Assembly: GCA_002305255.1 (NCBI GenBank)
Contig: DBQN01000076.1
Span: forward strand, 18,799 to 82,798
From: Firmicutes bacterium UBA1393
Lineage (GTDB): Bacteria; Bacillota; DTU025
DNA: 64,000 nt
Direction: 5' to 3'
The position numbers were made by a program, and so were the translations under genes. How positions within the stretch are numbered: the stretch's first letter is position 1; each line of letters begins with the position of its first letter. Shown one piece after another: positions 47,361 to 56,961 of this stretch. The notes beneath the pieces were generated by a model. The model was not told the origin of the DNA, made no database searches, and worked only from the letters and a program-made list of their open reading frames with translations.

Positions 47361-47409
47361 CCTCTCAGAGTCAGAAACGAAAAGGTATTCCCACTCGTTA
47401 GTAGAAGTA

Positions 47410-48699
47410 GTGCACTGCCAGTGTAGTTCTCCCGCGAGCATGAGGAGGCGAGCATCACCCGTGCCCACCACAAGGCTGTATTACTCGGATCCTCTCCTGA
47501 GAGAGTTCAGCTGCAACGTGCTTCAGTGTGAACCCTCGTCCCACAACTCATCATCTACCCCGGTATTCGAGGTCATCACCGACGTAACCGCATTCTACCC
47601 CAACTCCGGCGGTCAACCCTCTGACAGGGGAACCCTCGACGGGGCGGATGTTATCGACGTCATCGAGCGAGATGACACCGTCGTGCATATCACACCGGCA
47701 GATGTCCCCCTCGGCCCGACCACGGGCAGGATAGATATCGAGCGCCGCTTCGACCACATGCAGCAGCATTCAGGCCAGCACATTCTGTCGGCCGCGTTCG
47801 CGAGGCTCTTCGGCTTCGAAACCGTAGGCTTCCATCTGGGCGACGAATACGTCACCATCGACCTGAACACCACTGAGATCAGCTCCGACCAGCTGGCTGC
47901 CGTCGAACGCCTCGCATGCGAAGTAGTATTCCAGAACCGCCGCGTGGAATCGAAGTTCTGGGACCCCGCAGCCCTCGACAGAACCAGGCTGCGCAAGCCC
48001 ACCGACAGGACGGAGAACATACGCATCGTCGAAGTGGAGGACTTCGACCTCAGCGCCTGTGGGGGCACGCACGTCAGAGCCACCGGCGAAGTCGGCCTGA
48101 TCAAGATCGTCCGCACAGAGCGGCTTCGCAACATCACGCGCGTCGAGTTCGTGTGCGGCCGCCGCGCCCTGGCCGATTACAGGCTCAAGAACTCGGTGGC
48201 GCTGGCATCGGCGGCAGCGCTGTCGGTGCATGTCAGGCAGCTGCCGGAGGCGGTTGACCGCCTTCTCGCGCAAGGCCGCGAGATGCACAGAACCATCGAG
48301 CGCACCAACGCGGAACTCGACCACTTCAGAGCTGAGCGCATGTACGGCACAGCGGACATGCTGGGTGGTTCGGGCATAAGGCTGATCAAACTGGTATCGA
48401 CCACGGAGGCGCCGGATAGCCTCAAGTCCATCGCCCAGCGGATAACCCAGATGCCCGGCGCAGTCGTGCTTTTCGGCTCCACTGCAAACGGCACAGCTCA
48501 GCTGGTGTTCGCCAGATCCGCCGATGTGTCACTCGACGTGAGCAAGATCCTTCGAGAGGTGCTGCCCGAGGTGGACGGCAGAGGCGGCGGCGCGCCCGCG
48601 CTTGCTCAGGGCGGCGGCAAACGCCCCGATAGCCTCAAGCGCGCCATCGACATGGCCGCCGAGTCGGTCGCACACGCGATTCAGGTGCCGGCCAACTGA
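47410..48699 (+). CDS. AlaX-type alanyl-tRNA editing protein (tRNA_SAD plus DHHA1 domains).
   Basis: HSGQHILSAAF (HxxxH zinc motif), a CGGTH motif, and a C-terminal DHHA1-like GGGG...KR region. The start is uncertain: GTG at 47464 after GAGGAGG, or upstream. Confidence 0.7.
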   Translation: MHCQCSSPASMRRRASPVPTTRLYYSDPLLREFSCNVLQCEPSSHNSSSTPVFEVITDVTAFYPNSGGQPSDRGTLDGADVIDVIERDDTVVHITPADVPLGPTTGRIDIERRFDHMQQHSGQHILSAAFARLFGFETVGFHLGDEYVTIDLNTTEISSDQLAAVERLACEVVFQNRRVESKFWDPAALDRTRLRKPTDRTENIRIVEVEDFDLSACGGTHVRATGEVGLIKIVRTERLRNITRVEFVCGRRALADYRLKNSVALASAAALSVHVRQLPEAVDRLLAQGREMHRTIERTNAELDHFRAERMYGTADMLGGSGIRLIKLVSTTEAPDSLKSIAQRITQMPGAVVLFGSTANGTAQLVFARSADVSLDVSKILREVLPEVDGRGGGAPALAQGGGKRPDSLKRAIDMAAESVAHAIQVPAN

Positions 48700-48733
48700 C
48701 CTGCTGGCGCCGCACCGCCCGCACCGCCGCAGG

Positions 48734-49543
48734 CTAGACTCTGGTGCCGACCAGGCTTCCCGATTCGTATCTCGATAGCCCCCGCCTGAACATCCAGTAT
48801 GCCACAGCCATGGCGAATGCTGCGAAAGCCATGAGCACTGCGAATGTGCCGAGATCGAAGCTGCGCACAAGTCGCGCGGGCAGGTACACCACGAATCCCG
48901 CCGGGATCAGCGAGTAGAGTGCTACGCGCACGATACCGCGGAAGAGTGGCTCGGGGTAGCCTCCGAAGGTTATCGTGGCGCCGGCCAGCTGCTGACTGAT
49001 GGTTTGGGCATGGCCGATGAAAAAGGCAAGGCTGCCGGCGATGACACCGAAACTGGTGAACACGGCGGCGCCGGCAGCCGCACTCATCGAGAACACGACC
49101 AACGGGCCCAGGCCGTCTGGCCCGAACAGCACCATTACGCCTACTCCGAAGGCCACGTCACCGATTCCGGATATGTCGCTTCTGCTGACCAATACGTGCA
49201 GCAGCGGATCGCGGGGCAGGAGCATGTAGTAGTCTAGCTGGCCTTCTGCGATGAGCACAGGCAGTCGTGGCGTGTTGCCAAACACCGACACACTCAACCC
49301 GTAGGACACCGCCATTGAAGCCTGCAGCACCACGACGTCCTGGAAGGTCCAGCCGCCTACGTTCGAGACTCGCCCGAACACGATCCACCAGAAGAACAGC
49401 AGGAACATGTCGTTGAGCACCATGAACACTACCTGGCTGATGAAGCCTGCGCGGTATTCCATGGCCGACGCCAGGTTGAACTTGAAGTGCTCCCACACGA
49501 AGCTGAGCCCGCCCGTCACGTTCCGCCTACCCTCCGTTGACAT
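48734..49543 (-). CDS. ABC-2-type transporter permease.
   Basis: 269 aa, six predicted TM helices. Confidence 0.7.
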   Translation of the reverse strand: MSTEGRRNVTGGLSFVWEHFKFNLASAMEYRAGFISQVVFMVLNDMFLLFFWWIVFGRVSNVGGWTFQDVVVLQASMAVSYGLSVSVFGNTPRLPVLIAEGQLDYYMLLPRDPLLHVLVSRSDISGIGDVAFGVGVMVLFGPDGLGPLVVFSMSAAAGAAVFTSFGVIAGSLAFFIGHAQTISQQLAGATITFGGYPEPLFRGIVRVALYSLIPAGFVVYLPARLVRSFDLGTFAVLMAFAAFAMAVAYWMFRRGLSRYESGSLVGTRV

Positions 49544-50327
49544 TGAGGCGTCTCACCCCCATGGCGTACAATCCTGCGGCAAGAGCGCCTAGAATCACGA
49601 CCCAGACTAGCTGCATCATCACGGTTTGCCCGAATGTGGCCGCGTCGAACGCCACGAGCAGCTTCGACGGGGCGTAGAGTACCAGGTTGAACGGGCTCAC
49701 CGCGGCCGCCCGCCTCAGCGACTCAGGGTAGAAGTCGATGGGGACGAACAACCCTCCCAGCACGAAGAGGACCTTGCTGTATATCCAGAAGAACGGGCCC
49801 GTGTCTTCCACCCAGAAGGCCGACAGCGATAGGCACATCACCATGAAGAAGTTCAGGGTCAGCGCGAGCGCTACTGCCGCCCCCCACATCAGCAGCCGCG
49901 CTGGGCTCAGGGGAATGGCGCCCACCGCCGCCAGAGCCACTGCGGCTCCGATCACTACGTTCACCATCATCCTGAGCGAGGTGTCACCCCAGTAGGTGGC
50001 AAGCTTGAACCCGAGATAGCTGTAGGGGCGCCCCAGCGCGTAGGCTATCGCCCCTGACTTCACCTCATCGCTCACCTCTGAGGCTATCGGCGCCTTGCCG
50101 AGCATGATGGCCTCGCTGGCAGCGAGATACCACACCAGTTCCTTCTGACTGAAGCCTTCCGGGAGCACACCGGGCGATGGGCCAAGTACCTTCCACAGCT
50201 GCACGAAGATGTAGAGGATTAGTGCATAGAACGCTGATCCCAAGAGCACGTCACCGATGTAGGCAGTCTTGGCCGCGAAGTTGATCCGCGCGATGTGTAC
50301 GTACTTCGCCAGTCCCATGCACATCAC
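49527..50327 (-). CDS. ABC-2-type transporter permease.
   Basis: 266 aa polytopic membrane protein. It overlaps both neighbouring genes (ATGA/GTGA type). Confidence 0.7.
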   Translation of the reverse strand: MMCMGLAKYVHIARINFAAKTAYIGDVLLGSAFYALILYIFVQLWKVLGPSPGVLPEGFSQKELVWYLAASEAIMLGKAPIASEVSDEVKSGAIAYALGRPYSYLGFKLATYWGDTSLRMMVNVVIGAAVALAAVGAIPLSPARLLMWGAAVALALTLNFFMVMCLSLSAFWVEDTGPFFWIYSKVLFVLGGLFVPIDFYPESLRRAAAVSPFNLVLYAPSKLLVAFDAATFGQTVMMQLVWVVILGALAAGLYAMGVRRLNVNGG

Positions 50328-51409
50328 CGCCCCTCTGCGTACATTTCTGCGATGATCTGCTCAAGCGGGGGATCGGCAATGGTAATGTCAGCTATCCTGC
50401 CGATCTGCATCAGCCTCGCAAGCACGTCGTCTATGGACGTGGTCGCGGTGTTAACCTGCAGCTTGAAGTTGCCGCGCTTGTGCTTGAGCACCTGTACGCC
50501 CGGGATGTCGAGGCCGGCACCGTCAACACAGCCGTCATCGTTACCATCATCATCTTCGTCGCCGTAGCGCAGGCCGCCGTCGCCGCCGGCGCCTGCGCCT
50601 ACGCCGAGATCAAGTCGAACCCTCACGACCTTCATCTTCATGTAGTCGCGTCGAAGGGCAGCTACCGACGTATCCAGCGCCACCGTTCCATGGTTGATGA
50701 CCATTACCCGGCTGCACACTTGCTCGATGTCGCCGACATCGTGAGACGTCAGAAACACGGTGACGCCTTCCTCCCTGTTCATCTCGGTGATCAGCTCCCT
50801 GATGGACCGCCTCGCCACCACGTCGAGGCCCACGGTAGGCTCATCAAGGAACAGCACCCTGGGAGAGTGCAGCAGTGATGCGGCTATCTCGCACCTCATC
50901 CTCTGCCCAAGGGAAAGCTTGCGCACCGCCGTGCTCATGAGCGGCTCGAGTTCAAATCTATCGACGAGCATGCCGAGCCTTCGCCGGAACTGGTCGCGCG
51001 GAAGATCATACACATGCGCCAGCAGCTCAAAGGTGTCTCTCGGAGGAAGATGATACCACAGCTGCGATCTCTGGCCGAACACGCACCCGATACGGTGCGC
51101 CAGGGTCTGCCTGTCGCGCCACGGAGTCATACCCAGCACCGAGGCCTGCCCGACCGTGGGATAGAGGATCCCGGTGAGCATCTTGATGGTGGTAGACTTT
51201 CCCGCACCATTAGGCCCGATGAAAGCCAGGGTCTCACCCTCTTCGACTTCAAATGAGACTGCCTTCACCGCACGCACCTCGGAGTATTGCGGCGACATGA
51301 GGCTCCTGAAACCAGCAGCCAGTCCGGCCGCCTTTTGCGACACTTTGAACACCTTGGCGAGACCGTCAGCCACTATAGCGCGCACATCGTTCACTTCCTC
51401 TGAGAACAT
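50324..51409 (-). CDS. ABC transporter ATP-binding protein of the ABC-2 exporter, with an Asp/Gly-rich insertion and a C-terminal domain.
   Basis: Walker A GPNGAGKST, LSLGQRMR signature, Walker B FLDEPTVGLD. Then GVGAGAGGDGGLRYGDEDDDGNDDG and a C-terminal beta domain. Confidence 0.85.
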   Translation of the reverse strand: MFSEEVNDVRAIVADGLAKVFKVSQKAAGLAAGFRSLMSPQYSEVRAVKAVSFEVEEGETLAFIGPNGAGKSTTIKMLTGILYPTVGQASVLGMTPWRDRQTLAHRIGCVFGQRSQLWYHLPPRDTFELLAHVYDLPRDQFRRRLGMLVDRFELEPLMSTAVRKLSLGQRMRCEIAASLLHSPRVLFLDEPTVGLDVVARRSIRELITEMNREEGVTVFLTSHDVGDIEQVCSRVMVINHGTVALDTSVAALRRDYMKMKVVRVRLDLGVGAGAGGDGGLRYGDEDDDGNDDGCVDGAGLDIPGVQVLKHKRGNFKLQVNTATTSIDDVLARLMQIGRIADITIADPPLEQIIAEMYAEGR

Positions 51410-51441
51410 ACTAGCGCCAGTGATCTAGGGAGGTGCGATCC

Positions 51442-51651
51442 ATGGTCAAACTGAGGAAACAGCCGGGTGACAAGCTCACTCCGACTGCTTCTGGCACAGC
51501 ATCAACCTTCAAGTGCAGCAGTTGCGGCATGATGTTCCCCGGCCCCGATGCCTCATCGGGCGACATGTCCTGTTCCACCTGCCCTGGCTGCGGACAGTCC
51601 AACTGCACGGAGACGACGGAAATGGTGAATAGCTCCGATCAGGATTACTGA
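51442..51651 (+). CDS. Small Cys/Ser/Thr-rich protein (zinc-ribbon-like; conceivably a peptide precursor).
   Basis: 69 aa: MVKLRKQPGDKLTPTASGTASTFKCSSCGMMFPGPDASSGDMSCSTCPGCGQSNCTETTEMVNSSDQDY, with 7 Cys arranged CxxC...CxxCxxC...C. A strong RBS GGGAGGTG lies 7 nt upstream. It is divergent from the ABC-2 exporter. Confidence 0.4.
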   Translation: MVKLRKQPGDKLTPTASGTASTFKCSSCGMMFPGPDASSGDMSCSTCPGCGQSNCTETTEMVNSSDQDY

Positions 51652-51672
51652 GCCCTTGAAGGTCCCGTTTCT

Positions 51673-51712
51673 GAGCCGGCGCTCCACGCGCGAACGCTGA
51701 GGGCGCCGGCTC
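51673..51712. terminator. GC-rich hairpin (gagccggcgc-20 nt-gcgccggctc) between convergent genes.
   Basis: 10-bp stem. No clear U-tract on either side. Confidence 0.3.
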
Positions 51713-51728
51713 TGCCCGCGTGCTTAGC

Positions 51729-52430
51729 CTAGATCGCTCCGCTGACCCAGATCGACTCGGCCTTCCAGCCCCCGACTCCGGTGATCAGGGGCACCCCCAA
51801 GGGTCGATACTCCAGCACCAGCGGATTGGCCAGGTTGTTCCATATGGTGAACTGGCCCTTACCCGTCACGAAAGCGGGCAGGTACATCCGGTTGCCGTTG
51901 ATCTCCACCGGGTAGAGGATCTCCTCCTCAACCAGGAGATCTCCCGAGAACAACCCGGCGAGGTTAGCTCCTCCGGTGCGAAAGTTGTAGGCCCTCTTGC
52001 CAGTTCTCAGCTCGCGCAGCACCTCCCGCGACACCCACGGTGCCGTCCACTCAGTCTCGTCGGGATCTCCAATCCCGAACACGGGGCCGAAGGTTCTCCC
52101 CTTGTCTAGCCCTGTGAGCACCCTGAGCGTGGCATTTGGCACCGATCCGTCACTGCGCGGGCGCACCCACGCTATCTCCACCGGCCCCGGGTAGGAACTC
52201 TTCTGAACCGTCACCCTCCACTCCAACTCCGTCACTGACCTCGCCACGATCCGGCGGAACACCACGTGCATGCCTGCGCTAATCGGGGGCTCCGGCTTGA
52301 ACACCTCGTAGTCCTGCACGACAGCGCTTCCGGCCGCCGCAGGTTCCGGCGTGAGCAGCATCGCCGCGGCGACAACTATCACGAGCAGCATGGCAAAGGC
52401 CGAGAACCGCTTTACACTCCTCGTAGTCAC
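51729..52430 (-). CDS. Secreted protein of unknown function.
   Basis: Signal peptide (MTTRSVKRFSAFAMLLVIVVAAAMLLTPEPAAAGS). It overlaps the upstream amidohydrolase by 4 nt (ATGA), implying an operon. Confidence 0.5.
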   Translation of the reverse strand: MTTRSVKRFSAFAMLLVIVVAAAMLLTPEPAAAGSAVVQDYEVFKPEPPISAGMHVVFRRIVARSVTELEWRVTVQKSSYPGPVEIAWVRPRSDGSVPNATLRVLTGLDKGRTFGPVFGIGDPDETEWTAPWVSREVLRELRTGKRAYNFRTGGANLAGLFSGDLLVEEEILYPVEINGNRMYLPAFVTGKGQFTIWNNLANPLVLEYRPLGVPLITGVGGWKAESIWVSGAI

Positions 52431-54031
52431 CTAGCATGTCCCCTCTCGAATACGAACTCTCCGTTGATCATTGTCGCGTCAACCCTGATTTCCAGGAAGT
52501 CGGGCATGGGCATGGCGAACAGATCTTGCGACAGGATGGCCAGGTCAGCCAGGGCCCCCGGCACAATCGTCGAACGGCGCGCGCCAGCAGGCAGCCCCGC
52601 GGCCCGGGCTGCACCTACCGTGTATGCGCGCAGAGTCTCCTCCACAGTCAACCGCTCCTCAGGGTACCAGCCGAATTGCGCCTCCGATCCGGGCTCCTTT
52701 CGGATCACCGCAGCATATAGCCCCCTGAGCGGGTCAGGCGTCTCCACCGGCGCGTCGGAACCGAAAGCCAGCGTGGCTCCGCTCCTTGCGAGGCTCTTGA
52801 AGGCGTACGCCCACCTGCTCCGGCCGCCCCAGTGCAGGTCGGCTATGCGGATATCGCCGAGCACGTGCACCGGCTGCATCGACGCAACGACGCCGAGGTC
52901 GGCCAGTCTCCTTACGTCATTCGGATGCAGCAGCTGAACATGTTCGATCCTGTGCGTGAGCCGTCGCGCGGCGCTGTCTTCTTTCACTGAGTCAAAGATA
53001 TCGAGGATGTCGCGGTTGGCCCTGTCGCCGATGGCGTGAATCGCGCACCCGATGTTGTTCAGCACCGCTCTGCCGACAAGCTTCGCCATCTCCTCCTTTG
53101 GCGTAACCTCGATGCCATAGTCGTTCTCGGTGCCTTCGTAGGGCTTGAGCATGTGAGCTGTGTGGGAGCCCAGCGAGCCGTCAGCAAACGCCTTCAGCTG
53201 CCCGATGACGATCCAGTCATCACCGAATCCGCTCGACAACCCGAGGTCGACGGCAGCATCAAGCGATGCGGCGGGAATGGCCTGCACCACCCTGAGCTTA
53301 AGTTTGCGCTCGCGCTTCATCTGCTGGAGTGCGGCGAAGGCCAGGCCACCATCCATGTTGTGGATGCAGCCTATCCCCATGCTGTGCAACACTGCCTGGG
53401 CGCGCTGCATGGCCTCAACCAGCTGCGACTGAGTGACCTCGGGCATCACGTTCGCCACCATGAAGGCCGCTTTCTCGTTGAGCAGGCCCGTGGCCTGCCT
53501 GGTGTCGGGATCCCTCACGATCCTACCTCCATCAGGATCAGGCGTATCAAGGCCGATCCTGGCCAGGCGAAGCGCGGCTGTGTTCGCCCACAGTGAGTGC
53601 AGATCCTTGCTCCAGAGCGCCACCGGCGTGTGCGGGGCCACGGCATCAAGATACGACCTATCCGGCTGCTTGCCCTGGGGCCATGTGTTGGAGTTCCAGC
53701 CCACTCCTGTGATCCACGCCCCCGGGGGCGTCGTGGGAACGGCCTTCGCCACCAGCTCAGCCACGTGTTCCGGCCCGGTGGTGTCTATGAGGTCAACCCC
53801 TATCATGCTCATCGCGTAATACATGAAGTGAATGTGTGCATCGGTGAACGCTGGCACCAGTGTGCGCCCTGAAAGATCGATCCTGATGAAGCTATCGTCT
53901 ACAACGCTCGCGACATCCTGCTCAGAGCCTGCCGCGAGCACCCTCCTGCCGACAACGGCCACCGCCGTGCAGAGCGGACTCCGGGGATTGGCGGTATAGA
54001 CTCGTCCGCCATGGAAGAAGTATTTGGCCAA
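52427..54031 (-). CDS. Amidohydrolase-3 family metal-dependent hydrolase (YtcJ/N-acyl-D-amino-acid deacylase-like).
   Basis: 534 aa with an N-terminal AFTDAHIHF motif and a C-terminal amidohydrolase fold (GSDAPV). Confidence 0.75.
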   Translation of the reverse strand: MAKYFFHGGRVYTANPRSPLCTAVAVVGRRVLAAGSEQDVASVVDDSFIRIDLSGRTLVPAFTDAHIHFMYYAMSMIGVDLIDTTGPEHVAELVAKAVPTTPPGAWITGVGWNSNTWPQGKQPDRSYLDAVAPHTPVALWSKDLHSLWANTAALRLARIGLDTPDPDGGRIVRDPDTRQATGLLNEKAAFMVANVMPEVTQSQLVEAMQRAQAVLHSMGIGCIHNMDGGLAFAALQQMKRERKLKLRVVQAIPAASLDAAVDLGLSSGFGDDWIVIGQLKAFADGSLGSHTAHMLKPYEGTENDYGIEVTPKEEMAKLVGRAVLNNIGCAIHAIGDRANRDILDIFDSVKEDSAARRLTHRIEHVQLLHPNDVRRLADLGVVASMQPVHVLGDIRIADLHWGGRSRWAYAFKSLARSGATLAFGSDAPVETPDPLRGLYAAVIRKEPGSEAQFGWYPEERLTVEETLRAYTVGAARAAGLPAGARRSTIVPGALADLAILSQDLFAMPMPDFLEIRVDATMINGEFVFERGHAR

Positions 54032-54144
54032 GACAGTCGCCTCCTACATGCGCCGGCTTTCGCACTTAGTTCATCACTCCATCATCCATTTCCTGCTCCG
54101 GATGGCCTGAAGGAGTAAATGCACCTTTACTAGAAGTACCGTTT

Positions 54145-56961
54145 GTGAACGAACAAAGTCAAGATAGCTGGGAATCTCAGCTTATCTATAGGGGCGCAAT
54201 GATGAGAAGACTGACCTTCGTACTGACACTACTCGGACTTCTGGCCGTGGCCCTGCCGTTGTCGGCAGAGCAGGCCTTCATTTCTTCCCCTGCTACGCCG
54301 CTGCTTGGAGACTGGTGGCCTGCCGCCAGCCTTGAGCTGCCTCTCGCCCACGGCGCGACACTGGAGCGCATCAGCTGGCTGGGCAGCGTTGGCTGGATGC
54401 AGCTCACGGTGATCACGGTGGACCTCGGCGCCCAGTCTCTCAAAGTCGAGCCGGTGCTGGCCCACGCGGCGCTCTCGTCTCCCGGCCGACCAACAGAAGT
54501 AGCACGCGAAAACAGTCTCATAGCCGCTGTAAACAGTGACTTCTTTGACATGGGAGCCACCGGCGGCCCCCTTTCACTGGTTGCGTCGGAAGGACGCGTG
54601 ATCAGGTCTCCAAGGGTGGATCCCAGTTTCGCCACGATCGCCATCACCCGCGACGGCCAGGCGATACTGGGGCAGTGGGACTGGGTGGGAGCACTGGAAT
54701 CAGCCGACGGCTCGATTATAGTGGAGCTGTCGGCCATGAACGAGATCTCGGTGGCACAAGACTCCGCGGTGCTATACACTCCCGAATGGACGTGGCCCAG
54801 GCCGCAATCGCGCTCCGACGCCGCCTACATCGCCATTTCAGAGGGCGTCGTGACGATGGCGGGCAACGGATACCCTGCATCTGGTTCCGGCACCTACGTG
54901 GTTGCCAGAGGCAGCCAGGCGGAGCTGCTGCGCCGTCTTGTGCCAGGCGATCCGGTGACCATCTCTCACGAACTTCGCCCTGGCTTCGACGGGTTGGTGG
55001 CGGCGTTCTCGGGAAAGCCCATACTGGTGATAGATGGAGAAGAAGCTCCCGGTCTGCTCAAACACACCGGAATCAGCGCGGCTGTGCCGGCGCCGCGCAC
55101 CGCAGCCGGTATCACTGCTGATGGTCGCACGCTGATCCTCGCAGTCGTCGATGGCCGCCTCACCGGCGCGCGCGGTGCGACCCTGCCTGAGATGGCCAGG
55201 ATCATGATAGAGCTGGGTGCCGTAAGCGCCCTCAACCTCGACGGAGGCGCGTCATCCGCCGTCGTGGCCAGGGATCCGGTGACGGGCGCCTTGGTGTCGG
55301 CCAGCCGGCCGTCGGGGACAGTCGAAAGGCCAGTTCCTTACGTGATAGGCCTGGTGCCTGTGCTGGCAGCAGAGGTGGCGACAGAGTCGCCGGCTGTCTC
55401 CGCCGTCGACGAGGCATCTGAGGCGGGTGCTGACGTAGAGGCAGCAGACGGCCATGCTGATGAGGATGTAGATGTGGCGGCGGATGCCGCGGGCGATGCC
55501 TCGGCTGACGCTGGGCATGGCGACGCTGACCTTGGGGCCGGCCCGACAGCCGACGCGTCCCTGAGCCAGCCGTCGGCGCCGGCCTTCATCGCAGTGGAGG
55601 TCGACACAGGTGTCAGGGCGTACACCTTCCCATCCCTGGCACGGGCTGTGGCCGACGGCACGCGGTTCATCGCCGGCGACGAACTGGCTTGCCCCGTCGG
55701 CAGCAAGCTGAGGCTGAGAGTAATCGCCTTCGACGAACACATGAGTCGAAGGCCCACCGACTCGGCACCGAACGGCCCCGTCTGGCAAGTGCTTCACCCA
55801 AAGAGCCTCAGGTCACAGCAGGACCTCATCGAAGAGGTATGGAGACCTGCGGCCGATGGTTCTGAGGTTGAGTTCGACCCGCTGCCCGGATCACGCACGC
55901 AGATAAGTGTGGTATGGCCGGGGGCAGACGGCAGTGTATCAAACGTGGTGTCCTTCGCGGTGCGGTGCGATGATCTGCCTCTGGCCGCTTCCACGGGAAC
56001 GGAGGCCGAAAGGGCATGGCTCCTACTCGATGGTTTCGAGGCCGTAGACGGATGGACCGCCGCAACGTCGTCGCCCACGGTATTGGCGTCGGTTGCGCTC
56101 GCTGCCGGCGCACCATGGGACGTTTCGCTGGGGCTCGCTGCGCCCGTGGCGCCTGTGGGGAACGTGGCATTACTCCGGTTTGACTTGAGGTCCACCGAAC
56201 CGACTCGCGCGGCGTACTTGCGGACAGTCAGGCCGCTGCTGCTGCCTGAGGGCGTGAAGTCGGTAGGCATGTGGGTGTGGTCTGACGGCAACGGTCACTG
56301 GCTCCGGGCGACCATCGTTGACGGCGCCGGCACCAAGCATCCGCTCGACTTCGGCAGGCTAGACTGGCTCGGCTGGCGCTTCGTCATGGCCGAGGTACCG
56401 GCGGAGCTGTCGGGCAGCAGCGTTGCGCTGTCACAGATCTACGTCGTTGAATTCAAGACTGAGCTGGGAGTGAGTGGCGAGATCGGTATCGATCAGGTGT
56501 GTGCCCTGGTGGCGGCGCCTGAGGTTGAGGTCGAGACGGCGCCCCTGGCAGCGCCGGTGGCCGGTGACGCCACCGGGATAGGCCCCGCCACGACGATCAC
56601 CATCGGAACCGGCCCCATCCAGTGGGCCCGACTCCGCGCCGAGCTAGAGGAGTTCAGGCTCAGCGCATCGCACGACCTAGAGATCGTGCTCGAGGGGCGG
56701 ACCCTGGCCCACAGGCCGTCAGGTATCGTGCGCGACGGCAAGCTCACCATGGGCGGCAGCATGGGCGACGCCATCGCAGCCGAGTTGCTGCTGACGATGG
56801 CGGCAGACTGCCTCGATGGTTCTACCAGCGTGACCCTGATACAGGAGGACAACTCCCTGACAGACTCAGGCGAGACCAGAGCCGTGGTAGACGGAGTGCT
56901 GCTCATCTGGCGCGGCAGGTCGACGCCAGCCGCCGATGCCGCCGATGCGACGGGCAGATAG
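54145..56961 (+). CDS. Large secreted phosphodiester glycosidase-family (NAGPA/DUF2233-like) protein with an acidic linker and a roughly 450-aa C-terminal beta-rich domain of unknown function.
   Basis: Signal peptide MMRRLTFVLTLLGLLAVALPLSAEQ; the probable true start is at 54199. The NAGPA-like core includes ITADGRTLILAVVDGR...LNLDGGASSAV. Residues about 410-470 form an Asp/Ala/Glu-rich linker. Confidence 0.65.
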   Translation: MNEQSQDSWESQLIYRGAMMRRLTFVLTLLGLLAVALPLSAEQAFISSPATPLLGDWWPAASLELPLAHGATLERISWLGSVGWMQLTVITVDLGAQSLKVEPVLAHAALSSPGRPTEVARENSLIAAVNSDFFDMGATGGPLSLVASEGRVIRSPRVDPSFATIAITRDGQAILGQWDWVGALESADGSIIVELSAMNEISVAQDSAVLYTPEWTWPRPQSRSDAAYIAISEGVVTMAGNGYPASGSGTYVVARGSQAELLRRLVPGDPVTISHELRPGFDGLVAAFSGKPILVIDGEEAPGLLKHTGISAAVPAPRTAAGITADGRTLILAVVDGRLTGARGATLPEMARIMIELGAVSALNLDGGASSAVVARDPVTGALVSASRPSGTVERPVPYVIGLVPVLAAEVATESPAVSAVDEASEAGADVEAADGHADEDVDVAADAAGDASADAGHGDADLGAGPTADASLSQPSAPAFIAVEVDTGVRAYTFPSLARAVADGTRFIAGDELACPVGSKLRLRVIAFDEHMSRRPTDSAPNGPVWQVLHPKSLRSQQDLIEEVWRPAADGSEVEFDPLPGSRTQISVVWPGADGSVSNVVSFAVRCDDLPLAASTGTEAERAWLLLDGFEAVDGWTAATSSPTVLASVALAAGAPWDVSLGLAAPVAPVGNVALLRFDLRSTEPTRAAYLRTVRPLLLPEGVKSVGMWVWSDGNGHWLRATIVDGAGTKHPLDFGRLDWLGWRFVMAEVPAELSGSSVALSQIYVVEFKTELGVSGEIGIDQVCALVAAPEVEVETAPLAAPVAGDATGIGPATTITIGTGPIQWARLRAELEEFRLSASHDLEIVLEGRTLAHRPSGIVRDGKLTMGGSMGDAIAAELLLTMAADCLDGSTSVTLIQEDNSLTDSGETRAVVDGVLLIWRGRSTPAADAADATGR

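Noticed and set aside
55380-55560. GA/GC-rich repetitive stretch.
   Set aside because: It encodes the Asp/Ala/Glu-rich acidic linker of the 938-aa secreted protein. It is coding low complexity rather than a repeat element.
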